A DNA stretch of 64,000 nt from Thermoplasmata archaeon (lineage in GTDB: Archaea > Thermoplasmatota > Thermoplasmata > Lutacidiplasmatales > UBA184), in the NCBI GenBank assembly GCA_021816955.1, contig JAKAWP010000003.1, forward strand, positions 5,344-69,343. Reading direction: 5' to 3'. The notes beneath the pieces are model-generated. The model was not told the DNA's origin and did not search any database. It saw nothing but the letters and a program-made list of their open reading frames with translations. Numbering within the stretch: position 1 is the first letter of the stretch; each line of letters starts with the position of its first letter. The position numbers and the translations under genes are program-made. This document shows, piece by piece, positions 63,143 through 64,000 of the stretch.

Positions 63143-64000
63143 CTAAAGCGTTGGCGGGGTCGGCGGATCCGGCGATCCGCCGGTCGCGGCCGCTCCGTCC
63201 GTCACCGTCAGGCGGTGGACCTGCGGATTGGCGAGCAGCACGACCATCGATGCGACGGCGCCCGCCCCCGCGACGAGGAAGTCCGTCAGCAGACCCGCAC
63301 TCGCCACGATCAAGCCGCCCGCGACGAGGCCGGCCGGCGCCGCGGCGAGGCTCCCGACCTCGTCGAGGCTCAGGTACCGGCCGAGCAGGCGGTTCGGGAC
63401 GTACCGCTGGACACCCGTGAAGAACGTCGTGTTGCCGAACCCGCCGCCGACGCCGAGCGCGAACAACAGCGGCCCGGCCACGAACGGGCTGCGCACCACG
63501 ACGAGTCCGAGGATCGCGACACCGCTCACGCACCAGCCGGCCGCGAACCATCGGCCGAACCGTTGCTCCGGATGGAGCCGACCGACCAGGAGGGAGCCGG
63601 CGGCGAATCCGGCCCCCGCGACGGCGGCGAGCGCGCCGAAGACGACCGCCCCTGCGCCGAGCACGGCGCCGACGTAGATCACGAGGAACCCGCTGAACAA
63701 GCTCAGGAAGAAGTTGCCCGCCAAGGAGGCGAGCGTGAGCTCCAGGAGGGTCGGCTCGCCGCGCAGGTAGGCGAACCCTTCGCGGATCTGCTCGACCATC
63801 GTCGGGGCGGGGCCTGTGTCACGCGCGGCCGGCGATCGGCCGGCCACCGACGGGCGGGCACCGCCGGGCTGGGTGAGCAGCCCGATGGCGACAATCAACG
63901 CCGCGGAGGCGAGGTAGGTCGCCCCGTTGAAGAAGAGCGCGGCGGCGGCGCCGAGAGTGACGAGGAGGCCGGTGCCGAGCGGCCCCCCGAGGATGCCGGT
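63143..64000 (-). CDS. MFS transporter, 5' end beyond window end
   Basis: The track ORF starts at TTG 63898, but the frame stays open to 64000 (TGILGGPLGTGLLVTLGAAAALFFNGATYLASAAL...). Multiple TM segments typical of an MFS C-terminal half. Confidence 0.75.
   Translation of the reverse strand, partial: TGILGGPLGTGLLVTLGAAAALFFNGATYLASAALIVAIGLLTQPGGARPSVAGRSPAARDTGPAPTMVEQIREGFAYLRGEPTLLELTLASLAGNFFLSLFSGFLVIYVGAVLGAGAVVFGALAAVAGAGFAAGSLLVGRLHPEQRFGRWFAAGWCVSGVAILGLVVVRSPFVAGPLLFALGVGGGFGNTTFFTGVQRYVPNRLLGRYLSLDEVGSLAAAPAGLVAGGLIVASAGLLTDFLVAGAGAVASMVVLLANPQVHRLTVTDGAAATGGSPDPPTPPTL

Noticed and set aside
1-64000. CRISPR arrays, transposases, integrases, prophage or defence islands
   Set aside because: The only direct repeat is the two-copy 40-bp duplication. 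No recombinase-like ORF was seen and there is no compositional island apart from short AT-rich promoters. The window looks like core chromosome.

Overview
This is a very GC-rich, tightly packed chromosomal segment from an archaeon. The archaeal assignment rests on the PolD large subunit, RadA, A1AO ATP synthase, PurP, RNase P protein Pop5 and a BHB tRNA intron. PolD plus FtsZ suggests a euryarchaeal or Thermoplasmata-like lineage, but that is inference only. All calls come from reading the supplied translations and the DNA by eye against remembered family motifs. No search was run.

Content is almost all housekeeping:
- **ATP synthase:** a rearranged locus, atpFABD-HI on the plus strand converging on atpKEC on the minus strand.
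- **DNA metabolism:** class II RNR, PolX, MutY, PolD, RadA.
- **Purine, NAD and one-carbon genes:** purP, purH, purC, nadA, nadC, gcvT, and a split metE.
- **Other metabolism:** hutI and hutH, a xanthine-dehydrogenase-family MSL operon, malic enzyme.
- **Cell division and translation-related:** ftsZ, map, ndk, tsaC-like.

I saw no rRNA, CRISPR array, transposase or integrase.

The most notable items are:
- a VKOR plus DUF929 (CPFC) membrane pair
- a nickel SOD (sodN) with its SodX peptidase in an archaeal context
- a tRNA-Arg(UCG) with a 28-nt intron in the T-loop (59/60) and a textbook BHB motif
- a Pop5 gene whose conserved N-terminus has no canonical in-frame start codon
- tandem paralogous polytopic membrane proteins
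- a small basic internally repeated protein
- a roughly 350-nt non-coding, helix-rich gap

Many long Arg/Pro-rich ORFs in the six-frame track are high-GC artefacts and were rejected.
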